A stretch of DNA of 64,000 nt, from assembly GCA_002269645.1 (NCBI GenBank), contig NIVC01000910.1, forward strand, positions 260,944-324,943, given 5' to 3'. Below, piece after piece: positions 40,475 to 53,615 of the stretch (the first letter of the stretch is position 1; each line of letters starts with the position of its first letter). The DNA comes from Macrostomum lignano. Taxonomy: Eukaryota. The position numbers and the translations under genes are program-made. Below the pieces are notes generated by a model, which worked only from the letters and a program-made list of their open reading frames with translations, had not been told where the DNA came from and did not search any database.

Positions 40475-41655
40475 GTAACAGACTGGCTGGCCGTGACTGC
40501 CGCCGCTGAAGTGGCAACCGTATGGGAAGATTGGGATTTTCAAATTTCCTATTCGAGTCGGGGCTTTTTCTTTCGCTTCTTTTTTCCCTCTCTTAAAATC
40601 TAGTCTTCTCTTCTCATTTTCTTGCCGTTCAAGTGCTCTTGGCCCTGCCTGTTTTACCCAGTCTGAAGAGTGGCTATTTAGGAGACCTTTGCAGCCGAAC
40701 ACGCGTCTGTCCATGGCAGGTTGCTGCTCGAATTTTTGGAGAAAATTTCTTGCTTTTTTAATATCCGCATCTGGTTTTTACGGTTAGGGGTTTAACTACA
40801 CTGGGAAAAGTACATATTTTCTGGCAAAGAATGGGATAAATTTAAGTGTTGCAGCAAGTTGTAGTCAATTTACCACAAAGTCAGAAACGGTTGCTTTTTA
40901 ATTTTCCCTACATACTGGATACACGAGAAGGCACGCAGGTGGCCAGTTCAAGAGTGAGGGTGCCACTTCTATGAGATCAGGAGTGAAGCATCTTTCTTCC
41001 TTCCTTCCTTCCTTTCGTTGCCCGGGCTGCTTCTGAAGCAGCAATAGTGTGAGAGCAGGAGATCATTGAAAGCAGAAGAGAAGAAGATGGTTGGGCAAGG
41101 CAACTGCTACCTGCCTAAGAACGATAATCAAAGGTGCTCAGAGCAACCTGAGTAAGTGGGTGCGTGGAGTTATCGTCTCCTTTAAGCAGCCTCTTCTTGC
41201 CAGTAGCGCAACAGATCATTTCCTAGCGACTCCCCCCGGGGGAATGGAAGGCATCTAATTTCCTCCCAACTGCAGCCCCCAACCCAGCATTGGGGTCTCG
41301 GCTTTGAAAGACCCCGCAGGCCCTGTCTGTAGCGTCCCTCCAAGTGTCCGGCTCTGGAATGCCAGTTTTTACCTGAGCTATGACGGCGTAAACATCCGGT
41401 GCTTTTTTATATCCTATCTCACTTTTTTGTATCCTTCTTTCTTTATTATCGATTTTATTATTAGACGGCTCGCTTTCGGGACTCCAGTTTGTGCGCAAAA
41501 ATTGCTAGTCTATGCGGTAAAGAAGAGAAATCACATAACTGAGGGTCTAATTGTCTCAGTTAGTAGCTGGGCTTTTGTTATGCAACTTTTGCTTTCTTAA
41601 TACGTAGCTGATTGTTAGCAGTTAGTAAAAGCACTGTGTTCTGTGTCTGCTCCAA

Positions 41656-41970
41656 GGAGTTGTAGCCTACTGGTTAGAGCGTTGGACTCACGACTTGAAG
41701 GTCGGGGGTTCGATTCCCGATCCCACTTGGAACAATTTGCGTCCTTGAGCAAGGCACTTAACTCTGCATTGCTTCAGTTCACCCAGCTGTAAAATGGGTG
41801 CCAGCATTAGCTGGGGTAATTGAGGGTGTGTGTGGCGACCCTCCAGTCCTTGGACTGAACAGCCGTACGCAGCCTTCAGATGCGCCGCGTAATAGCTGCG
41901 GCTGAGCTGTCGGTTGCACTTCTGGCCCAATTAGGGCAGGTGTAATCAATTATTACTATGATTATTATTT
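41656..41970 (+). mobile_element. tRNA-derived CORE-type SINE, near full length
   Basis: A and B boxes, intact core, shared 3' body and (ATT)n-like tail. Confidence 0.87.
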
Positions 41971-42499
41971 TTAATGTTGCTAGTGTGACTCTTCAGTGTG
42001 ACTTGAGGACTTGACAGTACATTGTAGGGTTTGATTCCGCCCTTAAAAATCTCTCTCTCTCTCTTTATGAGACAAAAAGACTTGAATCAGCTTCCGCTGA
42101 AACCAGTATTGCAATATGTGATGCAGGAGCTGGAGGCTGAGAGACAGCTTAGCCCATTGAGAATGACTTGGTCCTTAGTGTGGACGGGCCGCCAGAATGT
42201 TGTACGATGCTGCCGCTATTGCCACAGTAGTCAATATTTGTTCTTAACTTCTCAAGAATCCGGCAGCGCTTAGGTGGCCTTGCCGACCACCCGTGGAGGC
42301 GCCAGTGTTGAGAGTGTACGCGGGCGTTTACTGAGTCCTGTTGCTCACAGCTCTCTGCTCTATGCTTTGGCAGTTCTCACTTCCTTTGTTCTCTTGTCCC
42401 AACCGGCGGATCAACCAGTTTTTTTCACCATCATTTTTGTTCTCTTCTCAACTTTATAGGCTGTATTTACATGTATAACCTCATCATTTTTTATAATTC

Positions 42500-44660
42500 A
42501 CCAGTTCTATGCATAGTCCCAATCGTTTCTATTCATAACCCTAATCGGTTCTATTCATAATCCTAATCGTTTCCATTTATAATCCCAATCGGTTCAATTA
42601 ATAATCCTAATCGTTTCTATTCATAACCTCAATCGGTTCTATTCATAACCCCAATCGGTTCAATTCATAATCCTAATCGGTTCCATTTATAATCCCAATC
42701 GGTTCCATTCATGATTCCAATCGGTTGAATTCATAATCCTAATCCGTTCATTTCATAATCCCAATCGTTTTCTATTCATAATCCCAATCGTTTCTATTCA
42801 TAATCCTAATCGGTTCAATTCATAATCCCAATCGTTTCTATTCATAATCCCAATCGGTTCAATTCATAATCCTAATCGGTTCCATTTATAATCCCAATCG
42901 GTTCCATTTATGATTCCAATCGGTTCAATTCATAATTCTAACCCGTTCATTTCATAATCCCAATAGTTTCTATTCATAATCCTAATCGGTTCAATTCATA
43001 ATCCCAATCGTTTCTATTCATAATCCCAATCGGTTCAATTCATAATCCTAATCGGTTCCATTTATAATCCCAATCGGTTCCATTTATGATTCCAATCGGT
43101 TCAATTCATAATTCTAACCCGTTCATTTCATAATCCCAATCGTTTCTACATGTATTCATAATCCCAATCGGTTCAATTCATAATCCCAATCGGTTCCATT
43201 TATAATCCCAATCGTTTCTATTCATAATCTTAATCAGTTCCATTCATAATCCTAATCGGTTCTATTCATAATCCTAATCGGTTCTATTCATAATCCCAAT
43301 CGTTTCTACATGTATTCATAATCCCAATCGGTTCCATTCATAATCCCAATCGTTTCTATTCATAATCTTAATCAGTTCCATTCATAATCCTAATCGGTTC
43401 TATTTATAATCCTAATCGGTTCTATTCATAATCCCAATCGTTTCTACATGTATTCATAATCCCAATCGGTTCCATTCATAATCTTAATCGGTTCCATTCA
43501 TAATCTTAATCGTTTCCATTTTTAATCCCAATCGGTTCCATTTATGATTCCAATCGGTTCAATTCATAATCCTAATCCGTTCATTTCATAATCCCAATCG
43601 TTTTCTATTCATAATCCCAATCGTTTCTATTCATAATCCTAATCGGTTCAATTCATAATCCCAATCGTTTCTATTCATAATCCCAATCGGTTCAATTCAT
43701 AATCCTAATCGGTTCCTTTTATAATCCCAATCGGTTCCATTTATGATTCCAATCGGTTGAATTCATAATCCTAACCCGTTCATTTCATAATCCCAATCGT
43801 TTCTACATGTATTCATAATCCCAATCGGTTCGATTCATAATCCCAATCGGTTTAATTCATAATCCCAATCGGTTCCATTCATAATCCCAATCGTTTCTAT
43901 TCATAATCTTAATCAGTTCCATTCATAATCCTAATCGGTTCTATTCATAATCCTAATCGGTTCCATTCATAATCCTAATCGTTTCTACATGTATTCATAA
44001 TCCCAATCGGTTCAATTCATAATCCCAATCGGTTCCATTTATAGTCCCAATCGGTTCAATTCATAATCCCAATCGGTTCCATTTATAATCCCAATCGTTT
44101 CTATTCACAATCCCAATCGGTTCCATTCATAATCCCAATCGGTTCCATTCATAATCCTAATCCGTTCGTTTCATAATCCCAATCGTTTCTATTCATAATC
44201 CCAATCGGTTCAATTCATAATCCTAATCGGTTCCTTTTATAATCCCAATCGGTTCCATTTATGATTCCAATCGGTTGAATTCATAATCCTAACCCGTTCA
44301 TTTCATAATCCCAATCGTTTCTACATGTATTCATAATCCCAATCGGTTCGATTCATAATCCCAATCGGTTTAATTCATAATCCCAATCGGTTCAATTCAT
44401 AATCCCAATCGGTTCCATTTATAATCCCAATCGTTTCTGTTCACAATCCCAATCGGTTCCATTCATAATCCCAATCGGTTCCATTCATAATCCTAATCCG
44501 TTCGTTTCATAATCCCAATCGTTTCTACATGTATTCATAATCCCAATCGGTTCTATTCATAATCCCAATCGGTTTCATTCATAATCCTAATCCGTTCATT
44601 TCATAATCCCAATCGGTTCAATTCACAATCCCAATCGGTACAGTTCATAATCCCATAAGT
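42500..44660. repeat. Minisatellite, 22-bp unit; largest array in the window (about 2.1 kb)
   Basis: attcataatcccaatcggttcc variants with recurring variant blocks. Confidence 0.97.
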
Positions 44661-45119
44661 TACCGTATATTGATAATCAATTCCATAATCCCACTATATT
44701 TTCATGTAAACTCTACATTGCTCAGAGTGGCAGGCACAGAGGCGCTCCCTACATGTAATTGAGTGCAAGCTTGCAATCACACAGCGATAATTCTATACTA
44801 TTATCGATAGGCGGCTGTGTTAACTTAGGCAGGCCAATAGCCCCAGTGCTATAGCTGCTACTTCATCAAAGTCAGCTGCTACACACGCGATCCTTATATT
44901 CCAATCACAGTCGCATCTGTAATCCTATAATGATTGATGACTCATATTGTGTTGGCCCCTCAGCCTGTGATGTTTAATCTCTTAGTGGCAGTTTGAAGTT
45001 CGAATAGTTACTTATTCAGTCGGTTAGTTTGTCGCACAGTGAGAAAAGGGGATCGTATTTTTCAAAGCCGCCGCAAATCGACTCGGAGTTGGAGAGAAGG
45101 AAAAATTGTAGATATGCCA

Positions 45120-45550
45120 CACTGACCCCTGAGCACGCACGCTCACACAGGGTGTACAGCGGCCCTGACTGTCTCCTAGTCAGGCACTCTCTGTGTGCTT
45201 TGGAGGTTGACCTTCGAGGGCGTGAATGTACCATATGTGTATGTAATAGAAATATAGTCCAACCATTCCGCCGACTTCCCTGAGCAGGCACACAAGCGCG
45301 CGGATACGTACGCAGTCATACGCACAGGCACACACTCACACAGGAGTGTACAACGGTCCTAACTTTATTTATCGTTAAACATGTACACTTCACTTTGCTT
45401 TTATGGGGTTGGCCCTCAAGGGCGTTAGCTGCACGAGCAGAGCCAAGCCGAGATTCCAATTTAGCCCTGAATTAAAGCGACTGCACTTGGAATCGGGCCG
45501 CTGGCACATTAAAGCGCCGCGCTAGACCACTTGGTTGCGCCAGGGTGCCC
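45120..45550 (-). mobile_element. Dispersed repeat family X, two adjacent partial copies (4 and 5)
   Basis: 45120-45235 and 45260-45550 both match the family; right end gcgccagggtgcccacagc is TIR-like. Confidence 0.75.
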
Positions 45551-46019
45551 ACAGCATATTCATATTTATCTTTTTAATCATATTCAACAGTAAGTGCCGC
45601 TTGTCTATTATATTTGCTTGAGACAAATTGCAGAGAGGTGTAGAGGACCAGACCTGAAGTGAAGAGTTCCGTAAAAAAACCGAAACCTCCAGGGAGAAAC
45701 GTTGATTACCCGGTCCAGATGGCTTCCCATTGACTGTCTGCACTGGATATGCCCTTCCTATATCCTATTTCCCTGTTTTACTCGCGCATCCTTGCATCGT
45801 CCACTGTTTGCCTTTTTTCTTTGGTTCGTCTTAGTGTTCTTCTCGACATTTTTCATTTCACTTTTTGAAGGGATGGTGCTAATTTGGATTGGGAAGTGGG
45901 ATTCCCTGTCTTGTTTGCTTACAGTCACCTGCTGCAGCTGCAGCGCTGTTTGCTTTTCCAGTTCAAATTCTCCTCTAAAGTCTTTCTATGTCTCGATGAA
46001 TAATAAATAACGCCATTTA

Positions 46020-47095
46020 TTGTCTTGTAGGGATCTGGGATCTTTAGTTGAAGGGATCTGGAATTTTTATTTTCAGGTATCAGGGCTCATTATTTGTAGG
46101 CATCTGGGATATTTAGTTTTAGGGATCTGGGATCTTTATTTTCAGGTATCTGGGCTCATTAGTTGTAGGGATCTGGGCTCATTAGTTGTAGGGATATGGG
46201 ATCTTCAGATGTAGGGATCTGGGCTCATTAGTTGTAGGGATATGGGATCTTCAGATGTAGGGATCTGGGCTCTTTAGTTGTAGGGATCTGGGATCTTTAG
46301 TTGTAGGGATCTGGGATCTTTAGTTGTAGGGATATGGGATCTTCAGATGTAGGGATCTGGGCTCATTAGTTGTAGGGATCTGGGATATTTAGTTTTAGGA
46401 ATCTGGGATCTTTATTTTCAGGTATCTGGGCTCATTAGTTTTAGGGATCTAAGCTCATTAGTTGTAGGGATATGGGATCTTTAGTTGTAGGGATATGGGA
46501 TCTTCAGATGTAGGGATCTGGGCTCTTTAGTTGTAGGGATCTGGGATCTTTAGTTGTAGGGATCTGGGATCTTTAGTTGTAGGGATATGGGATCTTCAGA
46601 TGTAGGGATCTGGGCTCATTAGTTGTAGGGATCTGGGATATTTAGTTTTAGGAATCTGGGATCTTTATTTTCAGGTATCTGGGCTCATTAGTTTTAGGGA
46701 TCTAAGCTCATTAGTTGTAGGGATATGGGATCTTTAGTTGTAGGGATATGGGATCTTTAGTTGTAGGGATATGGGATCTTCAGATGTAGGGATCTGGGCT
46801 CATTAGTTGTAGGGATCTGGGATCTTTAGTTGTAGGGATATGGGATCTTCAGATGTAGGGATCTGGGCTCATTAGTTGTAGGGATCTGGGATATTTAGTT
46901 TTAGGAATCTGGGATCTTTATTTTCAGGTATCTGGGCTCATTAGTTTTAGGGATCTAAGCTCATTAGTTGTAGGGATATGGGATCTTCAGATGTAGGGAT
47001 CTGGGCTCATTAGTTGTAGGGATCTGGGATCTTTAGTTGTGGGATCTGGGATCTTTAGTTTTAGGGATCTGGGATCTTCAGATGTAGGGATCTGA
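46020..47095. repeat. Minisatellite, about 23-bp unit
   Basis: gggatctgggatctttagttgta variants. Confidence 0.95.
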
Positions 47096-48679
47096 CAGGA
47101 ATATAACTGACTATGATGAGATACCCGACCAAGCGGTGGGTCAACCGCAGTGGGTAGAGTTAGAGACTACTGGGAAATCAAAGTATTATTAGTCTAAAGG
47201 AACTCGCTGTAATCAGCTCAAGTACACGGCCAACCTCTGCTGCCTCTCCTGCCACCCAGCCCTCTCTCTCCTCACCTCCCCATCCGCCCCTAATTAGCTG
47301 GGACTTTGGGGAGCTCGGCGCCGCTAGAAGAGGCGACGAGTTCTTTTTTTGGCGAGCGAGCGAGCAAACGAGCGTGCGCTGATGGTGGCGGGGCTCCTTG
47401 CGGAGGGTGCAGAACCGAGAAGGGGCACTGCAGAGGGGAGTGGAAAGAAGGAGAGATGCTCTGCAGCGGATTGGAATTTGAAATGCTGCTGCCAGGACAG
47501 CCCAAAATTGTCTCCCAGTGCCCACCTCAGCGCTCTCCCCTGCCCTCTTAGAGCTCCTCCTCTTCTTATGTGCTGTGCTCTCCCTCCCGACCCTGTCCTC
47601 GACCTGGTCAAGCCTTCCACTGCTTCTTGTAGCTTCCCTTCTTTGCCTTTCCTTTTTGCCAGCTAATGAATTATGAGAGTCTCATAATTTGCCCCTCTGC
47701 CCCCCTCATCTCTGTCTATTTTTCCCAGCTTCCCAGCTTCAATTCCCAGAGGGCTCATTGGGCTTGGGTTCGGTTTGAAAACCAGCGCCGCCCAAGCATC
47801 GGCCCCGCGTGTTAAACTAGCGTTGACCTTCAATTCCCATTGCTTCCCGCCTTCATATTTCCCAGCCCCGAATGAAACTGACTGGCGACTCTGTCTTTGC
47901 AATCTTCTTTTAATAACTGCGCCTAAACTGGAGAGAGGAGAGATGCGCTGGTGTGGTCACAAAGAGGGATTCTAATCAAGCACGAATAGTTCCCAGCTCA
48001 CGACGGGAGCTTAGCACTTATATAATACTGATAATAATAATTATTATTATTATATTTTGCCCAGCATAGAAGTCCGAGCAAAAACTTCTTCAAGCATCCG
48101 GCATATTGAGCTGCATTGCGTGTTTTAAATCGACTTCTCTACACTCCTTCTTCATCATCAATTGGACGCGTGGCGTGCTGGCTACTCAAAAAAACGGACG
48201 GCAAGCAGATCGGGGAGAAAGAAATCAATTTTTGTTTTGCAATGTGTGCAAAAAAGCTTTGCTAATAAATGCGACTTATCGGATTGGCTCAGATTATCTT
48301 GATGCTGAAAAAATTCGCTAATTTATGGGATTTTGGAGCGGGGGTAGTTTTGTGATGTAGATAACTTTATATTTTTCAGAAGCTGAGTGTCACGCGATTC
48401 GATGCCACCAGATACTGGATTTCCTAGGCTTCTCCCATACGCTCCTGTGCTTGCGCGCGTACTTTTTATTCGTTGCTATGGAAACGATATCGTTTGGGAA
48501 AGACGGTTTTTCAGCGAACCGACGATGATAGAAAATATTAGTGGGATGTTTTTCCGCATCGGAGCGCGCAAAAATGGATATAAATCATATCAAATCTAAG
48601 GCACCCTCAGCGGCTCAAAGATTTAAGCTCATTGAGGCCCAGATTTTGCTTTGGGTACCTCTTTCTGCGCCACTGGCAA

Positions 48680-49570
48680 CCAATCTTGGCAATCCCATCA
48701 ACCAACCTTGCTTCGCACTCCTGACACCAATCTTGATGCTCCTGACACCACACTTGGTGCTCCTGACACCACTCTTGCCACTCCTGACAACCAATCTTGG
48801 TGCTCCTGACATCCAATCTTGGTGCTCCTGACAACCAATCTTGGTGCTCCTGACACCACTCTTGCCACTCCCGACAACCAACCTTGGTGCTCCTGACACC
48901 ACTCTTGCCACTCCTGAAACCAATCTTGGTGCTCCTGACATCCAATCTTGGTGATCCTGACAACCAATCTTGGTGCTCCTGACACCACTTTTGCCACTCC
49001 CGACAACCAACCTTGGTGCTCCTGACACCACTCTTGCCACTCCTGATAAACAATCTTGGTGCTCCTCATAACCAATCTTGGTGCTCCTGACATCCAATCT
49101 TGGTGCTCCTGACAACCAATCTTGGTGCTCCTGACACCACTTTTGCCACTCCCGACAACCAACCTTGGTGCTCCTGACACCACTCTTGCCACTCCTGATA
49201 AACAATCTTGGTGCTCCTCATAACCAATCTTGGTGCTCCTGACATCCAATCTTGGTGCTCCTGACACCACTCTTGCCACTCCTGACAACCAATCTTGGTG
49301 CTCCTGACACCACTCTTGCCACTCCTGATAACCAATCTTGGTGCTCCTGACACCACTCTTGCCACTCCTGATAACCAATCTTGGTGCTCCTCCTCATAAC
49401 CAATCTTGGTGCTCCTGACATCCAATCTTGGTGCTCCTGACAACTAATCTTGGTACTCCTGACAACCAATCTTGGCACTCCTGACGACCAATCTTGGCAC
49501 TCTTGACACCAATATTTGTGCTCCTGACACCAATCTTATTGCTGCTGACATCAATCTTGGCACTCCTGAC
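48680..49570. repeat. Minisatellite, 21-22-bp unit
   Basis: gacaaccaatcttggtgctcct and gacaccactcttgccactcct. Confidence 0.95.
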
Positions 49571-50289
49571 CAAACTCGACTCTTTGATTCGTTGAGTGAG
49601 GCTTTTGAACAGCAAAAAAAATTTAAACTCGAAAGCCTTCAGGAACAGCAAATTCTTCTTTGTCATTAAAAAGTTTTCGCAAACGAGATTTTTTATTGCT
49701 GATAATGAGGCCTATTCCGCTGGTGCCTCCGACTGTCACGGACTTTGACTGCTCAAACAGTCGTTTGCTCAGCATCATTAGTCGGAGTTTTTTTCCTCAA
49801 CTAAAATTTGACCTCCCCTCAGGCACGAGGGCTCAAGTCGGAGAAGAGCAGGCTTTAGGAAATCGTTAATCATTAGTTTGCGTTTTCTAACAAACAAATA
49901 TATCTTGAAATTGGTGTTAGGGCTGCGCGCGACTGTACGCTGCTAGGGTTTGGGGTGGATTCTAGTGACCTGGGTGTTTCATAATAAATTAAGCTAACTG
50001 TATTTTAACTGGATCCTGTCAGTCCAACTGGACAGTTTTGTTAGTGATTTATGTTATGCAATCTTTGCGCGTATGTGTTTGTGTGTTTTAGATATTTTCT
50101 GTTATTAAGATTCACAGCTGAGTTTATAAATAAATACAGCTGGATTGAGTGCTTGACTTGAAATATGACTTGCTTTGATTTCTTCAGAATGCGGGAATGA
50201 GGGAGTATGCGCAGCATTGTACCCTTATATTTCTTTATTTCTATTTTTCATTCTTTTGCGTTCGTGAGCTGTGATGGGCTGAACAGAAA

Positions 50290-50890
50290 GCTGAGCTAAA
50301 CTGAAATGAACGGAACGGAACTAAACTGAACTGAACTGAACTGAACTGAACTGGAATAACTGAACTCAAATGAAATGAACTGAAGTTAACTGAACTGAAC
50401 TGAACTGAACTGAACTGAACTGAACTGAACTCAAATGAAATGAACTGAAGTTAACTGAACTGAACTGAACTGAACTCAACTGAACTGAACTGAACTGAAC
50501 TGAACTGAACTGAACTCAAATGAAATGAACTGAAGTTAACTGAACTGAACTGAACTGAACTGGAATAACTGAACTGAACTGAACTGAACTGAACTGAACT
50601 GAACTGAACTGAACTAAACTGAACTAAACTAAACTAAACTGAACTGAACTGAACTAAACTGAACTGAACTGAACTGAACTGAACTGAACTGGAATAACTG
50701 AACTGAACTGAACTGAACTGAACTGAACTGAACTGAACTGAACTGAACTGAACTGAACTGGACTAAACTGAACTGAACTGAACTAAACTGAACTGAACTG
50801 AAGTGAACTGAACTGAACTGAACTGAACTGAACTGGAATAACTGAACTCAAATGAAATGAACTGAAGTTAACTAATCTCAACTGAACTGG
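50290..50890. repeat. (CTGAA)n pentanucleotide array
   Basis: Seen directly. Confidence 0.97.
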
Positions 50891-51111
50891 CTTAAACTTA
50901 ATTGATTTAATAGCTAAAATAACTATCGTTGACGTGAACTGCATGAATTGATTTATGACCTGAAACTGAACTCAAATTAGTCATAGCTCGATTATATTTG
51001 TCTGCTCGCTTGCTTGTCAACTTTAATTTTGGAATACGAGTATTTCAATACTCGCTCGTATCTCCTATGGTGATTTTAAAACACAGCCGCCACCCCCCGC
51101 TTTCCTGTCAG

Positions 51112-51285
51112 CTCTACGACCAGATCAACAGCAGAAACCTGGGCGCCAGCATACGCGGCCAGATACCGGCGGACGCTGTGTCGCGAACTCAAGACGCCCT
51201 GGACTGCCTGGCCGAGTGCCACGACAAAGATTATGTAGCAGACTGCCTGCAGCTGCGCCAGCTGCTCAATGGGCCGCATCTCAGG
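51112..51285 (+). CDS. CASK: CASK exon, end of L27N and start of L27C (LYDQINSRNLG...DAVSRTQDALDCL...LRQLLNGPHLR)
   Basis: tttcctgtcag acceptor and gtgaga donor; 174 nt, phase 0/0; follows an intron of about 23.2 kb. Confidence 0.92.
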
Positions 51286-51344
51286 GTGAGAGTCTCAGTT
51301 CATCTCTGCCCGAGTCCCGTATCCGCCTCTCATCTTCATCACCA

Positions 51345-51870
51345 GTGAGTCATCCATGTTGACCCACTGAATGACCCAATGTCCCTCAGTCATCAAATGA
51401 CCCGCTGTCCCTCAGTCATCTAATTACCCACTGTCTCTCAGTCATCAAATGACCCGCTGTCCCTCAGTCATCAAATGACCCACTGTCCCTCAGTCATCAA
51501 ATGACCCACTGTCCCTCAGTCATCAAATGACCCACTGTCTCTCAGTCATCAAATGACCCGCTGTCCCTCAGTCATCAAATGACCCGCTGTCCCTCAGTCA
51601 TCAAATGACCCGCTGTCCCTCAGTCATCAAATGACCCGCTGTCCCTCAGTCATCAAATGACCCGCTGTCCCTCAGTCATCAAATGACCCGCTGTCCCTCA
51701 GTCATCAAATGACCCACTGTCCCTCAGTCATCAAATGACCCACTGTCCCTCAGTCATCAAATGACCCGCTGTCCCTCAGTCATCAAATGACCCGCTGTCC
51801 CTCAGTCATCAAATGACCCACTGTCCCTCAGTCATCAAATAACCTACTGTTCCTCGGTCATCTAATTACC
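51345..51870. repeat. Minisatellite, 26-bp unit
   Basis: gacccgctgtccctcagtcatcaaat repeated. Confidence 0.97.
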
Positions 51871-52789
51871 GTACTCGTAGCATTGAAGTGCGAGTATTTG
51901 CGTAGCTTTTTTTAACAGTTGAATAGCAGTCGACACTACTGTTCATCACATGACAGTAGTAGATCGCGTTTTTTATCTCTATATGCAAATTATTGCTCTA
52001 AAACTAAACTAATGGACCCAATCTAACCATTCCTATTCCCTTAGGCTTTCCCCATTATCTCTAGTCAGATCTCTGCCTCAAGTTTTTATTTAACATCCGT
52101 AGTTAAGTCTGATTGCTCCGGATCCGTTCGTTGATTGAACAGGCGGCCTCTGCCGCCGACCCTTGGTGACCTCCCTGGGGGGAAATGGGAAATATAAAGT
52201 ACGGGACTGCTGGATAAGTGGCAGAGTGAGTTATAAACAGCAAATCATATATGCATACTCTAAACTACTGCTCCATCCAACTCTATTAGCAATAAGTGTG
52301 CTGAAATTCTCTTGGGGCCCTCGGCCGGTGCCCACCAACCAAACTACAGCTGATGAGGCTAAAAGCGCGAGGGCGCATGCCAGTGTGTACAAGGCCTCTC
52401 TGTGCGTGATCTTGCACACTCCAAGATCGGCATAGGAAGTGAATAAGTGGCAAGCTGCCGCGGCCTCCGACATGGAAGCGGGGTTGGGGTGGCCAGGTCA
52501 GGGGGGAGGGCAGCTGAAAACTTTTCGGCCCCAGCAGCAATTGGCTGTTTGAGGTTGCAAACCCGGTTAGGGGAGGACGCGCTGTCCTCCAGCAGTTCCC
52601 CTCCCTGTTAGATGGGATAACTGGCTGCTCAGTGATCGAATCCAAGCTCTGTGTGTGTCTGGTGTAGTTTCTCCTCATCAGCTCTGCTCAGCTGTGCGCT
52701 CTTGTTTGGACTTCAGGGCGTCGCAAGATCTCCGTGAGTTCGCTTTTTCTGGTTATTAAAGTGCTTTAGAGTGGTTTTGTGTTGGTGCT

Positions 52790-53615
52790 GCTAGGGGTAT
52801 ATAATGGGGTGTTGGTGCTGGTCTGGGGTATATAATGGGGTGTTGGTGCTGGTCTGGGGTATATAATGGGGTGTTGGTGCTGCTCTGGGGTATATAATGG
52901 GGTGTTGGTGCTGGTCTGGGGTATATAATGGGGTGTTGGTGCTGCTCTGGGGTATATAATGGGGTGTTGGTGCTTGTCTGGGGTATATAATGGGGTGTTG
53001 GTGCTGCTCTGGGGTATATAATGGGGTGTTGGTGCTTGTCTGGGGTATATAATGGGGTGTTGGTGCTGGTCTGGGGTATATAATGGGGTGTTGGTGCTGC
53101 TCTGGGGTATATAATGGGGTGTTGGTGCTTGTCTGGGGTATATAATGGGGTGTTGGTGCTGCTCTGGGGTATATAATGGGTGTTGGTGCTTGTCTGGGGT
53201 ATATAATGGGGTGTTGGTGCTGATCTGGGGTATATAATGGGGTGTTGGTGCTGCTCTGGGGTATATAATGGGGTGTTGGTGCTTGTCTGGGGTATATAAT
53301 GGGGTGTTGGTGCTGGTCTGGGGTATATAATGGGGTGTTGGTGCTGCTCTGGGGTATATAATGGGGTGTTGGTGCTTGTCTGGGGTATATAATGGGGTGT
53401 TGGTGCTGCTCTGGGGTATATAATGGGTGTTGGTGCTTGTCTGGGGTATATAATGGGGTGTTGGTGCTGATCTGGGGTATATAATGGGGTGTTGGTGCTG
53501 CTCTGGGGTATATAATGGGGTGTTGGTGCTGCTCTGGGGTATATAATGGTGTGTTTGTGCTGCTCTGGGGAATATAATGGGGTGTTGGTGCTGCTCTGGG
53601 GTATATAATCGGGTG
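52790..53615. repeat. G-rich minisatellite, 31-bp unit
   Basis: ggggtatataatggggtgttggtgctggtct, about 26 copies. Confidence 0.97.

Noticed and set aside
41059-41075. bantam-like sequence GAGATCATTGAAAGC (and TGAGATCAG at about 40972)
   Set aside because: No complementary arm nearby to form a pre-miRNA hairpin; short chance match.
52350-52385. CTGATGAG...-like hammerhead ribozyme core (also the minus-strand CTGATGAGGAGAAAC at about 52667-52682)
   Set aside because: The first lacks the GAAA box after stem II; the second has no stem II, and I could not find stems I/III or a cleavage triplet.
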